Positions 1-9,034 of a stretch of 32,000 nt of DNA are shown here, one piece after another. How positions within the stretch are numbered: position 1 is the stretch's first letter; each line of letters opens with the position of its first letter. The notes beneath the pieces were generated by a model that had not been told where the DNA came from, ran no database searches, and was given only the letters and a program-made list of their open reading frames with translations. Source of the DNA: Methylorubrum extorquens (lineage in GTDB: Bacteria; Pseudomonadota; Alphaproteobacteria; Rhizobiales; Beijerinckiaceae); contig LT962688.1 of the NCBI GenBank assembly GCA_900234795.1, forward strand, positions 2,610,001 to 2,642,000, given 5' to 3'. The translations under genes and the position numbers were made by a program.

Positions 1-1165
1 CGCCGCGGCGGGTCAGGTCGGTCTGCACGAAATAGGAGGGCAGGCTGCCGCGTCCCGAGGTCGTGTAGAACGGCTGGTTGTAGTTGCGCTCATCGAAGCC
101 GACCTGCACCCGCCACGCGGTCTGGGCGTCGATGTCGTGCTCCCAGCGGCCTGCGATGATCGTGCGCCGGTCGTTGCGGCGGAACGCCCCTTCGCTCGCC
201 GTCACCGGCACCCGCGGGCCGAAGGCGCCGTTCGCCAGGAGGCCGAAGGTGGTGCAGCCGGGGGCTGCCGTCGCCGCCGCGTCGCAGCCGCGCTGGTATG
301 GGTTGATGCGGAACTGGTCGAGCGAGGACCGGGCGGGGATATTGGCCGTGACCTCGTTGTTGATGACCTTGAGGGTGAAGCGGTTGTCGGGGCTCGGCGT
401 GTAGCTCGCGAGCAGGTTGATCGTCTGGGTGTCGTAGGAGGAATGGTCCTGATAGCCGTTGGCGCGCACGTCGCTGGCAAACAGGCTGATCTCGAACGGG
501 CCGCTCACGCCGCCGACGCTGAAGTAGTTGCTGAGATAGCCGAAGCTCCCGGCATCGACGCCGATCTCGTAGCCGTCGATCTCGCGGCCGGTGCGGGTGC
601 GAAAGGCCAGAGCGCCGCCGGTCGCGAAATTGCCGAACAGGGCCGATTGCGGCCCGCGGAACACGTCGATGCGCGAATAGGCGCGGGGATCGACCAGATC
701 GAAGCGCGAGGCGCCGTCGGGCTGGGTGACGGGGAAGCCGTCCTCCAGCACCACCATGTTGCGGGTGACGCCGGTGGCGCGGGCGTTGTTGCCGCGGATC
801 GAGATCACCACGTCGCGCCCGCCATTGCCCTGGCGCAGGGTCACGCCGGGGCTGTCGAGCAGCACCGTGCCGATGGAGGTGGCGGGGCGGTTTGCGATCG
901 TCCCCTCGCGCCCGATTGCGGTGACGACCTGCCCGGTCGGGCGCTCGATGCCGAGGGCGGCCGCACCCGGCGGGCCGGAGACCCCGAAGCCCGGCGCACC
1001 GGACCCGACCGCCGCTTGGCTTTGCGGCTTGCCCTCGCCGGTGACGGCAAGTTCCTCCAGGGTGACGGAGTCACCAACGGTCTGGGCCGCGGCCAAACCC
1101 GACAGGGCCAGCGGCGAAGCGGCGAGGAGCCAGGCGGCACGGCGCGCGGCGGGGTGGGAACGCAT
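1..1165 (-). CDS. TonB-dependent outer-membrane receptor, N-terminal ~388 aa (C-terminus beyond left window edge)
   Basis: My own reverse-strand translation from ATG (1165-1163) stays open to position 1. It is absent from the ORF track because no stop lies in the window. It begins MRSHPAARRAAWLLAASPLALSGLAAAQT (signal peptide), followed by plug-like segments GVTLRQGNGGRDVVISIRG, NMVVLEDGFPV and IDVFRGPQSALFG. GC3 is high. Confidence 0.85.
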   Translation of the reverse strand, partial: MRSHPAARRAAWLLAASPLALSGLAAAQTVGDSVTLEELAVTGEGKPQSQAAVGSGAPGFGVSGPPGAAALGIERPTGQVVTAIGREGTIANRPATSIGTVLLDSPGVTLRQGNGGRDVVISIRGNNARATGVTRNMVVLEDGFPVTQPDGASRFDLVDPRAYSRIDVFRGPQSALFGNFATGGALAFRTRTGREIDGYEIGVDAGSFGYLSNYFSVGGVSGPFEISLFASDVRANGYQDHSSYDTQTINLLASYTPSPDNRFTLKVINNEVTANIPARSSLDQFRINPYQRGCDAAATAAPGCTTFGLLANGAFGPRVPVTASEGAFRRNDRRTIIAGRWEHDIDAQTAWRVQVGFDERNYNQPFYTTSGRGSLPSYFVQTDLTRRG

Positions 1166-1225
1166 GGGACGGCTCGTGGCGATGGGAGATCGGGACGGGC
1201 CGCAGGGGCCCGCGAATGGCAGGCG

Positions 1226-2608
1226 TCAGGTGCGCGCGGCGAGGCGCAGGCCTTGGGCAGCAAGGTCGAGGCCGAGCAGGGCCAGGATCGCGAGGCCGGT
1301 CAACGGGAACAGGGCGCCGAGGCCGAGCATCAGGCCGGTGACGGTGGCGACGACGCGCCGGTCCCGCGGCCAGGGCGGCGTGCCGAGGCGTCCGGCCGGG
1401 CGCCGCTTCCACCACATCACCGCAGCGGTGACCGAGAGCAGGATCGTGCCGAGGCAGAAGGCGAGCATGGCAAGCTGGTTCGCCCGCCCCCAGAACTCAC
1501 CCTTGTGGAGGCCGATGCCGTACTGGATCGCCCGCGCCACGGGACCGAGATCGGCGAAGCGCACGTCGATGATCGGCTGGCCGCTGTAGCGGTCCAGGGA
1601 GACCATGCGCTGACCCGTGACGTCGCGCGGATAGGCGGAGGCGGCGTAGACGCCGGTCTCGCCCAGCGGCAGCGCCAGTTCGAAGCCCCCGGGCAGAGCC
1701 ATGTCGCGAAGGGTCGCGACTGCGCGGTCGATGCCGAGGGACGGCGCTCCGGAGGGGGCCGATCGCGGCATCAAGGCGTCTTCGAGTGCCCAGCCGGCGC
1801 TCTCCAAGCGCGCGCCCATCGGCACGGTGGAAACGGCCTTGCCGGCCCAGAGCTGAGTCGGTTGGCCGAGCCCGGCCCGGTTCGACCACGCCCGCAATTC
1901 CTGCCCCCACCAGACCGACCAGGGCAGACCGGTGAGCGCGAGAAACAGCAGGCCCGCCCCAGCGAACAGGCCGGTGGCGGCATGAAGATCGCGCCACCAG
2001 ACCCGGCGTCGCGGCGTCTCGCGCAGGCTCACGGCGCGTCCCCGGCGCTGCCCCTTCCCTTGCGGCCACCACAGATAGGCGCCGGTCACGACGAGGATGA
2101 TCGCGAACCCGGCCACGATCTCGATCAGGGCGTTCGCCGCCGTCCCGAACAGGGTGAGGCTGTGCAGGCCGCGCACGATCCCGAAGAACTCGCGATCCGC
2201 GGCGACGCGATCGAGCACGTCACCGGTATAGGGGTCGAGGTAGAGGAGGATCTTGCCCCCACCCTCGGCGAGGGTGACGAGGGCCGAGGCCGTGGGGCCG
2301 GCGGGCTCGGTGTAGGAGAGCGGGTTGCCCTCCGGCACCGCCTGCATGGCGTTGAAGATCAGGCGGTCGGGCCCGAGCGGGGTTCGGCCCGAGGATGCGA
2401 CCACCGTGCGGTGGGCGAACACGGTCGCGTTGATCTCGGCCTTGAACAGGTAGAGCGCGCCGGTGGCCGAGAGCAGGATCAGGAAGGGCAGGCAGAGCAG
2501 GCCGGCATAGAAATGCCAGCGCCATACGGCACGATAGACCGCATCGCGCGAGACGCGCAAAGACGCCGCGGCGGTGAAACCGGCGGTGCCCGACAGGGTG
2601 GAAGGCAT
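1226..2608 (-). CDS. PepSY-associated TM-helix protein (PiuB-like iron/metal-regulated membrane protein)
   Basis: 460-aa ORF starting at ATG 2608. The N-terminus AVYRAVWRWHFYAGLLCLPFLILLSATGALYLF and the several spaced TM segments are typical of the PepSY_TM family. It lies directly upstream of a TonB receptor, the usual pairing. Confidence 0.85.
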   Translation of the reverse strand: MPSTLSGTAGFTAAASLRVSRDAVYRAVWRWHFYAGLLCLPFLILLSATGALYLFKAEINATVFAHRTVVASSGRTPLGPDRLIFNAMQAVPEGNPLSYTEPAGPTASALVTLAEGGGKILLYLDPYTGDVLDRVAADREFFGIVRGLHSLTLFGTAANALIEIVAGFAIILVVTGAYLWWPQGKGQRRGRAVSLRETPRRRVWWRDLHAATGLFAGAGLLFLALTGLPWSVWWGQELRAWSNRAGLGQPTQLWAGKAVSTVPMGARLESAGWALEDALMPRSAPSGAPSLGIDRAVATLRDMALPGGFELALPLGETGVYAASAYPRDVTGQRMVSLDRYSGQPIIDVRFADLGPVARAIQYGIGLHKGEFWGRANQLAMLAFCLGTILLSVTAAVMWWKRRPAGRLGTPPWPRDRRVVATVTGLMLGLGALFPLTGLAILALLGLDLAAQGLRLAART

Positions 2609-2647
2609 GGGTTCGAAATCCGCGTCTGAGGGATCGGAGCGATCGTC

Positions 2648-3022
2648 TCAGGCGGCGGGCGGACCTCGGGGACTGGTGCCCTGATCGGGCGGTGCGCGGG
2701 CGCGGATCGTCGCCGCGGCGCGCCATGGCACGGGGGCGGCGCGCGGCGGCCAGATGGCGATGGCGGACGCGACCTGTGCCGGCGGGAAGAAATGGGCCGC
2801 CTGGACCTGCGTGCAGCAGGCGTGGTGGCCGCAGGGCTGCTCGTCGTCGGCCGGCGTGCCGGAGGCGGTAAGATGCTCCGCGCAGAGAATGCCGCCGTCG
2901 AGGCGCGGCAGGGCGGGCGCGAGAGCCGCGAGGAAAGCCTGGAAGACAAGCGCGTAGAGCGCGATCACCCCAATGATCGCGCGGCCGTGCACGGATCGGT
3001 GCGGGCGCTCGCGCATGGCCAT
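2648..3022 (-). CDS. DUF2946-like small membrane protein with a His/Cys cluster
   Basis: 124-aa ORF with an N-terminal TM segment (AIIGVIALYALVFQAFLAALAP) followed by CAEH...PCGHHACC. It is the first gene of a same-strand cluster with the PepSY and TonB receptor genes. The family assignment is from memory of the motif and its context. Confidence 0.55.
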   Translation of the reverse strand: MAMRERPHRSVHGRAIIGVIALYALVFQAFLAALAPALPRLDGGILCAEHLTASGTPADDEQPCGHHACCTQVQAAHFFPPAQVASAIAIWPPRAAPVPWRAAATIRARAPPDQGTSPRGPPAA

Positions 3023-3075
3023 GCTTCTAGAGCATCACCCCGAAAGGTGGCTACCGGCTTTCGGAAGAAGATGAT

Positions 3076-3130
3076 GCAAAACAAGAGCTCAGAGCATCGT
3101 GCTGGATCCGATATCCGGCACGATGCTCTG
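3076..3130 (-). terminator. Hairpin plus U-rich tail downstream of the 171-aa ORF (possible intrinsic terminator or operator)
   Basis: Perfect 13-bp inverted repeat CAGAGCATCGTGC (3090-3102) / GCACGATGCTCTG (3118-3130) with a 15-nt loop. On the minus strand it is followed by AGCUCUUGUUUUG. A second hairpin, CCGAAAG-N11-CTTTCGG, lies at 3040-3064. Confidence 0.4.
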
Positions 3131-3195
3131 GGCGGTGCTTGCGCGCCCGGTCAACGTGGACGCGCGCGGGTGACACGCGTCCTGCGGCGGCGGAA

Positions 3196-3711
3196 TCAGG
3201 CCGGCATGCCGGCCGGCTCGAACAGGAAGTCATCGACGGAAGGGATCGTCACCGCGAGGCTCGCGCCGTAGCTCGCCTTCGACAGGCGCCAAGGCCGCTC
3301 GGCGCGGGCGCGGATCGCCTCGGAGGGACGCAGGCGGCGCAGCGCGCCGTCCTCGTCCATCTCCTCGATCGTCAGGAAGCCGTAGACCTGCAGGCGCGAG
3401 GCGATGAGCTTGGTCTCGCGGTCACCCGCCGGAACCCGCAGGCTGCCCGTGGCATAGACCGCATCCATCAGGTTGCGCTGGTCGCTCCTCGAGCGGCTGC
3501 GGGGAGGCTCGCCCGCTCCGAATGCCGCGTTGATGGCGCCCTGCCGCGCGGCCGCAGGCCGACGGAAGGGGATGACGTTGTCCGTTCCCGGAACGCTACG
3601 CATACACAGGTACCTTCGTATCGCGGAAAGCTCCCCGACCGGCGCGCTCTCACGGCGCCGTCCGGTCGATGCGAAGCTTTCGACGATCCCGATTAATGCC
3701 TGCTTAGCCAT
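3196..3711 (-). CDS. Hypothetical protein (start uncertain; alternative ATGs at 3603 and 3468)
   Basis: 171-aa ORF. The C-terminal two thirds have typical high-GC3 codons, while the first ~36 codons have atypically low GC3 (GCT AAG CAG GCA TTA ...). ATG 3603 is preceded by AAGG. I recognise no family. Confidence 0.5.
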   Translation of the reverse strand: MAKQALIGIVESFASTGRRRESAPVGELSAIRRYLCMRSVPGTDNVIPFRRPAAARQGAINAAFGAGEPPRSRSRSDQRNLMDAVYATGSLRVPAGDRETKLIASRLQVYGFLTIEEMDEDGALRRLRPSEAIRARAERPWRLSKASYGASLAVTIPSVDDFLFEPAGMPA

Positions 3712-3774
3712 GCCCGGCCGAGGAGCGCGGAAGGCGTCCCGAAACGGGCCGCCTCCCCTCCCGGCCCTCGCGTC

Positions 3775-4434
3775 TCAGTTCAGAGCGACGGCGAACTCGC
3801 CTTCGGTCTTGGCGCGGATCTCGTCCTCGGTGACGCCGTCGGCGAGTTCGACCAGGGTCATGCCGCCATCGCCCTTCTTGTCGATGGTGAAGACGCCGAG
3901 ATCGGTGATGACCATGTCGACCACGGCGGTGCCGGTCAGCGGCAGGTCGCAGGCCTTCAGGAGCTTTGCGCTCTCCAAGCCGTCCTTGCCCTTGGCGACG
4001 TGCTCCATCACCACGACGACCTTCTTGACGCCGGCGACGAGATCCATCGCCCCGCCCATCCCCTTCACCATCTTGCCGGGGATCATCCAATTGGCGAGGT
4101 CGCCGTTCTGCGCCACCTGCATCGCGCCGAGGATTGACAGGTCGATATGCCCGCCGCGGATCATCCCGAACGAGTCGGCCGAGGAGAAGTAGCTCGTGGT
4201 CGGCAGCGCGGTGATGGTCTGCTTGCCGGCGTTGATGAGGTCGGGATCTTCCTCGCCCTCGTAGGGGAACGGCCCCATGCCGAGCATGCCGTTCTCGGAT
4301 TGCAACTGCACCGACATGCCCTCGGGGATGTAGTTCGACACCAGCGTCGGAATGCCGATGCCGAGATTCACGTAGAAGCCGTCTTCCAGCTCCCGGGCGG
4401 CGCGCTCCGCCATCTGCTCACGGGTCCAGGCCAT
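3775..4434 (-). CDS. scoB: 3-oxoacid CoA-transferase subunit B
   Basis: 219-aa ORF with the [12 protein letters not shown] active-site Glu motif and the conserved [17 protein letters not shown] and [12 protein letters not shown] segments. It sits downstream of subunit A. Confidence 0.95.
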   Translation of the reverse strand: MAWTREQMAERAARELEDGFYVNLGIGIPTLVSNYIPEGMSVQLQSENGMLGMGPFPYEGEEDPDLINAGKQTITALPTTSYFSSADSFGMIRGGHIDLSILGAMQVAQNGDLANWMIPGKMVKGMGGAMDLVAGVKKVVVVMEHVAKGKDGLESAKLLKACDLPLTGTAVVDMVITDLGVFTIDKKGDGGMTLVELADGVTEDEIRAKTEGEFAVALN

Positions 4435-4542
4435 GGTCTTGACGTTCCCTCGTTTGGCGCATCCTCGGAGCGACGATGCGCCGTCCGCCTCTAGGGGCGG
4501 CGCCGCGCCGTCGCGCTCGTGGCCTCTCGGCCGATGGTCGAA

Positions 4543-5280
4543 TCAGATCTGGCCGCCGCCGGCCGCCGCCGCTTCCGGCTCCTTGCGCTTGCGCACGGTA
4601 CGCTGCTCGATGCGCTTCTCGCGCACCGGCACGTGGAGGATGCGGCCGATGAAGATGCCCGGGGTGTGGATGTGGTCGGGGTCGATCTCACCCGGCTCGA
4701 CGAGGTGTTCGACCTGCGCGACCGTCACCTCCGCGGCGGTGGCCATCATCGGATTGAAGTTGCGCGCCGTCTTCCGGTAGACGAGGTTGCCCTCGGTATC
4801 GCCCTTCCAGGCGTGGACGATGGCCAGATCCGCGAACAACCCGCGCTCCATCACGTAGCTCTCGCCGTCGAACTCGCGCACTTCCTTGCCCTCGGCGACC
4901 TTGGTGCCGACGCCAGTCTTGGTGAAGAAGGCCGGGATGCCCGCCCCGCCTGCGCGGATGCGCTCGGCCAGCGTGCCCTGCGGGTTGAACTCGATCTCGA
5001 GTTCGCCGCCGAGATACTGGCGGGCGAATTCCTTGTTCTCGCCGACATAGGACGAGATCATCTTCTTCACCTGACGGGTGTCGAGCAGCTTGCCCAGGCC
5101 GACGCCGTCGATGCCGGCATTGTTGGAGATGACGGTGAGGTCCTTCACGCCCGAGGCCTGGATCGCGTCGATCAGCTCGTCCGGGATGCCGCATAGGCCG
5201 AAGCCGCCGGCCATGATCGTCATGCCGTCGCGCAGAAGGCCGGCGAGCGCCGCCTTCGGATCTGGATAGACCTTCTTCAT
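4543..5280 (-). CDS. scoA: 3-oxoacid CoA-transferase subunit A
   Basis: I take the internal start MKKVYPDPKAALAGLLRDGMTIMAGGFGLCGIPDELI at ATG 5280, preceded by AAGGAAGGGGA. The 304-aa track ORF has a spurious N-terminal extension. The conserved segment ISNNAG...SYVGEN is present. Confidence 0.95.
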   Translation of the reverse strand: MKKVYPDPKAALAGLLRDGMTIMAGGFGLCGIPDELIDAIQASGVKDLTVISNNAGIDGVGLGKLLDTRQVKKMISSYVGENKEFARQYLGGELEIEFNPQGTLAERIRAGGAGIPAFFTKTGVGTKVAEGKEVREFDGESYVMERGLFADLAIVHAWKGDTEGNLVYRKTARNFNPMMATAAEVTVAQVEHLVEPGEIDPDHIHTPGIFIGRILHVPVREKRIEQRTVRKRKEPEAAAAGGGQI

Positions 5281-5345
5281 CGACAGCGTCCCCTTCCTTA
5301 GTCTTCCGCCAGGGCGGGCCATGATTCGTTGGCCACGATACAATG

Positions 5346-5369
5346 TCCGAGATTCGGTCCGAGATTCGG
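5346..5369. repeat. Perfect tandem duplication of the 12-bp unit TCCGAGATTCGG
   Basis: TCCGAGATTCGG occurs at 5346-5357 and again at 5358-5369. Each unit contains the dyad CCGA-N3-TCGG. It lies 66-89 nt upstream of the scoA start in the scoA/asmA divergent intergenic region. Confidence 0.9.
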
Positions 5370-5667
5370 CGCCGGCCGCGCTCCCGATCGATGGCGATCG
5401 GGTGTGCAACGCGAAGCGGGCCCCGTCAAACCGGCGACGCATTTGCGCGCAATGCAAAAAGCCCCGCGCCGTAACCGCTTGCCCGGTGGGCGAGGCTGCG
5501 GCTGATCCTCATCGAAGCCCGGCCCGCCCCATCCACTGCATTGCGGGCCGGTCTGACCCCGTTCGCGGGACAGGGGAACGGGAAACGGCTAAGGAGTCGG
5601 ATCGCACGGCTCGCCACGCCGACGCGGTTCGGCCGAACCGATCCGCGTCGCCCGCCCACGGAGTGCA

Positions 5668-7566
5668 ATGTCGCTGCGCCGCACCCTTTCCGCCCTCGCA
5701 CTCGGACTCCTCGCTGCAGGGTTGGTGGCTGCCTGCCTGCCGTGGTCGATTGAGGCGCCCGGCACCGCCCGCTTCGTCAGCCGGGGCTTGCAGCAGGGCT
5801 GGGGCGTGGCGCTGGCAGCCCGGGGACGCACGGAGGTCGTGCTGCTCCCCCTTCCCCGGATCGTGTTCGAGGATATCCGCCTGACCGAGGGTGATGCCGC
5901 CGGGCCGGTCCTTGCCGCGGGCGGGAACCTGTCGCTTCAGCTCGGTCTTGCCGCGCTGCTCACCGGCCGGGTCGAGGTCGATTCCCTGACGCTCGACGGG
6001 TCGGAGCTGGTGCTGCCGCAGGAAGCGGGGGATCCCCGCTGGTCCGCGGCGGCCGAGCGCCTGACCCACAGCATCGCCGGCGCGGACGGTGACCGGCCCC
6101 GGCGGATCATCCTCGCCCGCTGCGCGCTCAAGGGCCGCGACCCGCGGGACGGAACGCTGCAGACGGCCCGCGACGTCGATCTCACGATCTCCTGGCCGGC
6201 CTGGAGCGAGAGCCTCGCGGTGAACGGGGGATTTCGCTGGAGCGACGGCAGCGCCCGGATCACGCTGACGGATCTGCGGCCCTACGCGCTCTTCTCCGGG
6301 GGCGAGAGCCCGTTCACCGCCGCCCTGACATGGCCGACGGGCTCCCTGAGCGCCCAAGGCAATGGCAGCCTGCGCGACGGCCTCAAGGCCTCGGGCACCG
6401 GCAGCCTCCAGACCCGATCCCTGCACAAGACGCTCGCCTTGACCGGCGGCGGTCTCGCCCTGTCGCCCTTCGTCGAGGATTTCGCCGTGGAGGGCAGCTT
6501 CGAGGCGGCCTCCGGTCAGATCCAGTTTCCGAGCGTCACCGTGCGCAGCGACGGGAACGTGCTCGAGGGGGCAGGCTCGGCCACTTTCGGCCCGAAGCGC
6601 AACGCGGTGCAGGCCACGCTCGCGGCCGAAAACCTCAACCTCTCGCCGCTGCTCGCCGGCCTCCTGCGTCTGACGGGCTTCGATCGTGCCGCCGACGACG
6701 CGGCCAGGCACAGCCGGTCCCTCGACCTGCGTCCCTTCACCGGGGGCGACCTCGATCTGCGGATCTCCGCCGGCAATGCCCGGATCGGGCCGGTGCAGCT
6801 GACGGACCTCGCCTCCAGCGTTCTCGTGCGCGAGGACGGCATCGAGGCGTCGCTCGGCCGTGCCAATGTGCGCGGCGGTATGGTCAAGGGCCGGGTTTCC
6901 CTCGCCGCCGACGGGGGCGAGGCGGCCCCCACCCGCGTAAAGGCGCAGGGCAGTTTCGACGGGCTCGATCTCGGAGCTCTGCTCGACGATCTCGGCCAGT
7001 CTCGCTGGGTGCTCGGGGCGACGCGGGGCAGTCTCGCGCTGGAGGGAGCCGGCCACGATGTCGATGCCCTGGCCCGTTCCGTATCGGGCCGGGTCGCGCT
7101 GGAGAGCGCGGACGGTGCCCTGTCCGGGCTCGACCTCGCCGACGTGGTTCATCGCGGCGGCGCGGTGGCGCCGGGGGCGTTGGCCCGGCGCAACGGCCGG
7201 ACGCCCTTCGAGCATGCCGCCGTGACCCTGCTGTTCGCCGACGGCGTCGGCGAGATCGTCGAGGGAAGGCTCGCCTCCCGCACCCTCGGCGCGTCCCTGA
7301 ACGGGCGCGTCGCCCTGGCCGACCGCCGCTTCCAGGCGCGGGCCGAGATCCTGCCGCGGGCAACTGCCTCCGCCGACGGGGCGTCGCCCCCCGCCACGCT
7401 GTTCGAGATCGCCGGTCCCTGGGATGCCGTGAGCGTTCGGGCCAGCGCCGGGCCGCGTCCCGCCGGGGACGAGGCACGCCAGCGTGCCGCCCCCGATTCC
7501 TTCCAGCGGCCCGGCGCCGATCTGCCGCTCGGCATCCGCGCCTACGTGCCGGCGCCGGGGCCCTGA
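5668..7566 (+). CDS. AsmA-family outer-membrane biogenesis protein
   Basis: 632-aa ORF with GGAG 5 nt upstream of the ATG and an N-terminal anchor LSALALGLLAAGLVAACL. The protein is long, Gly/Ala/Leu/Asp-rich and predicted to be beta-rich, with an AsmA-like N-terminus (VVLLPLPRIVFEDIRL) and C-terminus (SLALEGAG...GRVALESADGALSGLDL). Confidence 0.8.
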   Translation: MSLRRTLSALALGLLAAGLVAACLPWSIEAPGTARFVSRGLQQGWGVALAARGRTEVVLLPLPRIVFEDIRLTEGDAAGPVLAAGGNLSLQLGLAALLTGRVEVDSLTLDGSELVLPQEAGDPRWSAAAERLTHSIAGADGDRPRRIILARCALKGRDPRDGTLQTARDVDLTISWPAWSESLAVNGGFRWSDGSARITLTDLRPYALFSGGESPFTAALTWPTGSLSAQGNGSLRDGLKASGTGSLQTRSLHKTLALTGGGLALSPFVEDFAVEGSFEAASGQIQFPSVTVRSDGNVLEGAGSATFGPKRNAVQATLAAENLNLSPLLAGLLRLTGFDRAADDAARHSRSLDLRPFTGGDLDLRISAGNARIGPVQLTDLASSVLVREDGIEASLGRANVRGGMVKGRVSLAADGGEAAPTRVKAQGSFDGLDLGALLDDLGQSRWVLGATRGSLALEGAGHDVDALARSVSGRVALESADGALSGLDLADVVHRGGAVAPGALARRNGRTPFEHAAVTLLFADGVGEIVEGRLASRTLGASLNGRVALADRRFQARAEILPRATASADGASPPATLFEIAGPWDAVSVRASAGPRPAGDEARQRAAPDSFQRPGADLPLGIRAYVPAPGP

Positions 7567-7596
7567 CATCCGGACCGCGTAGGTCCGGATGTCAGG
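7562..7596. terminator. 15-bp perfect hairpin between convergent asmA-family and carboxypeptidase genes
   Basis: CCTGACATCCGGACC (7562-7576), loop GCGTA, GGTCCGGATGTCAGG (7582-7596). It overlaps the asmA-family stop codon (7564-7566). Neither side has a clear U-run. Confidence 0.5.
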
Positions 7597-7605
7597 AAGA
7601 CGATC

Positions 7606-8865
7606 TCAGGAGTTGCCGCTGGCCGTGCCGGCCGTGGACGTGCTGCCGCCGGAGCCGTTGCCGCCCTTGGCCTTCTCGAAGGCGCGGCGGACGAGGTCTG
7701 TGCCGACTTCCATCGCCGCGTCGAGGGCCCGCTGCGACAGGGTGCCGGCCTCCACCGTCTCCCCGGCATAAACCGGCTGCTCCAGGGCGAGGCTGTCGCC
7801 GCGGGTGACGCGCAGGCGGCCGACCTCGCGGCCCTGCGCCACGGGCGCGACGAGCGGCCCCTGGTAGACCACCTTGGCGGTCACCCGATCCGAGGTGCCG
7901 CGCGGCAGCAGCAGGCGCACCGGCTTGTTGGCCACCACCGGCACGGAGCCCTTCTCGCCGCCGAAGACCGAAACTTCGGCAACCGTCTCGTTCGCGGCGA
8001 AGACCTGCCGCGGCTCGAAGGCGCGGAACCCCCATTCCATCATCTTGCGGGCTTCCGCCGCGCGGTCACGCGCGGTCTTGAGGCCGGAAACCACCATGAT
8101 CAGCCGCTGGCCGTTCTGCACCGCCGAGCCGGTGAGCGCGTAGCCCGATTCTTCGAGGTAGCCGGTCTTCAACCCGTCGGCGCCGATATCGAGGGTCAGG
8201 AGCGGGTTGCGGTTCTGCTGCTTGATCTTGTTCCAAGTGAATTCACGCTCGGAATAGATCTTGTAGAATTCGGGGTAGGTGTCGATGAGGTATTGGGCGA
8301 TCCGCGCCATGTCGCGGGCGGTCACCTTCTGGTCGGGGGCCGAGTAGCCGGTCGCGTTGCGGAAGGTCGAGCGCGTCAGCCCGATCTCCTTGGCGCGCTG
8401 GTTCATCATCCCGGCGAAGGCGTCCTCGGTGCCCGCCATGTTCTCGGCGATGGTGATTGCCGCGTCGTTGCCCGACTGCACGATCAGCCCGCGCAGCAGG
8501 TCGGAGAGCTTGATGCGGCTGTTGACCTGCGCGAACATCGACGAGCCGCCGCCCCCGGCCCCGCCGCGGCGCCACGCGTCCTCGGTCACCGTGAATTCGG
8601 TGTCCATGGAGAGGCGCCCCTCCTTGATGGCGCGGAACACGATTTCCGCCGTCATCAGCTTGGCCATGCTCGCCGGGGAGAACGGTTCGTCGGCCGCCTT
8701 CTCGAACAGCACCGAGCCGGAATCGGCATCGATCAGGATCGCGTGCGCGGCCGCCGTCTGGAACGTCTGGGCGCGCGAGGGCGCCGGATGAAGGAACGCA
8801 CTGACGATTGCGGCCAGCATTCCCGCGAGCGCCCAGCGCGCCGCTCGGAACCGTCTCTCACACAT
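7606..8865 (-). CDS. D-alanyl-D-alanine carboxypeptidase (PBP5/6-type serine peptidase)
   Basis: SxxK (SMAKLMT), SxN (QSGNDAA) and KTG (LKTGY) motifs are present. I take the start at ATG 8865 (MCERRFRAARWALAGMLAAIVSAFLHPAPSRAQ signal peptide), preceded by GGGAGAGG. The track ORF running to 9036 is over-extended. Confidence 0.9.
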   Translation of the reverse strand: MCERRFRAARWALAGMLAAIVSAFLHPAPSRAQTFQTAAAHAILIDADSGSVLFEKAADEPFSPASMAKLMTAEIVFRAIKEGRLSMDTEFTVTEDAWRRGGAGGGGSSMFAQVNSRIKLSDLLRGLIVQSGNDAAITIAENMAGTEDAFAGMMNQRAKEIGLTRSTFRNATGYSAPDQKVTARDMARIAQYLIDTYPEFYKIYSEREFTWNKIKQQNRNPLLTLDIGADGLKTGYLEESGYALTGSAVQNGQRLIMVVSGLKTARDRAAEARKMMEWGFRAFEPRQVFAANETVAEVSVFGGEKGSVPVVANKPVRLLLPRGTSDRVTAKVVYQGPLVAPVAQGREVGRLRVTRGDSLALEQPVYAGETVEAGTLSQRALDAAMEVGTDLVRRAFEKAKGGNGSGGSTSTAGTASGNS

Positions 8866-9034
8866 CCTGGCCTCTCCCACGATCCCGTTCGCCGCCCGTC
8901 CCAGATCAAGCGTGACCTTAGCCCGGATACAATTCGATTTCGAAGGCAAAGTTCGATTCCGTAACGCGTCATGACCGCGCCGAATGGCTGTGCACATCCT
9001 TGTGGAAAACCAGGGGAAATCCCATATCAAGCCC

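Noticed and set aside
137-2629. 830-aa plus-strand ORF spanning the TonB-receptor and PepSY genes
   Set aside because: This is a shadow ORF of a high-GC genome. It is extremely Arg/Gly/Ala-rich and antisense to two minus-strand genes with clear family motifs.
5509-7569. 686-aa minus-strand ORF antisense to the AsmA-family gene
   Set aside because: The composition is Arg/Gly/Pro-rich and non-protein-like. The plus frame has a signal anchor, an SD and an AsmA-like organisation.
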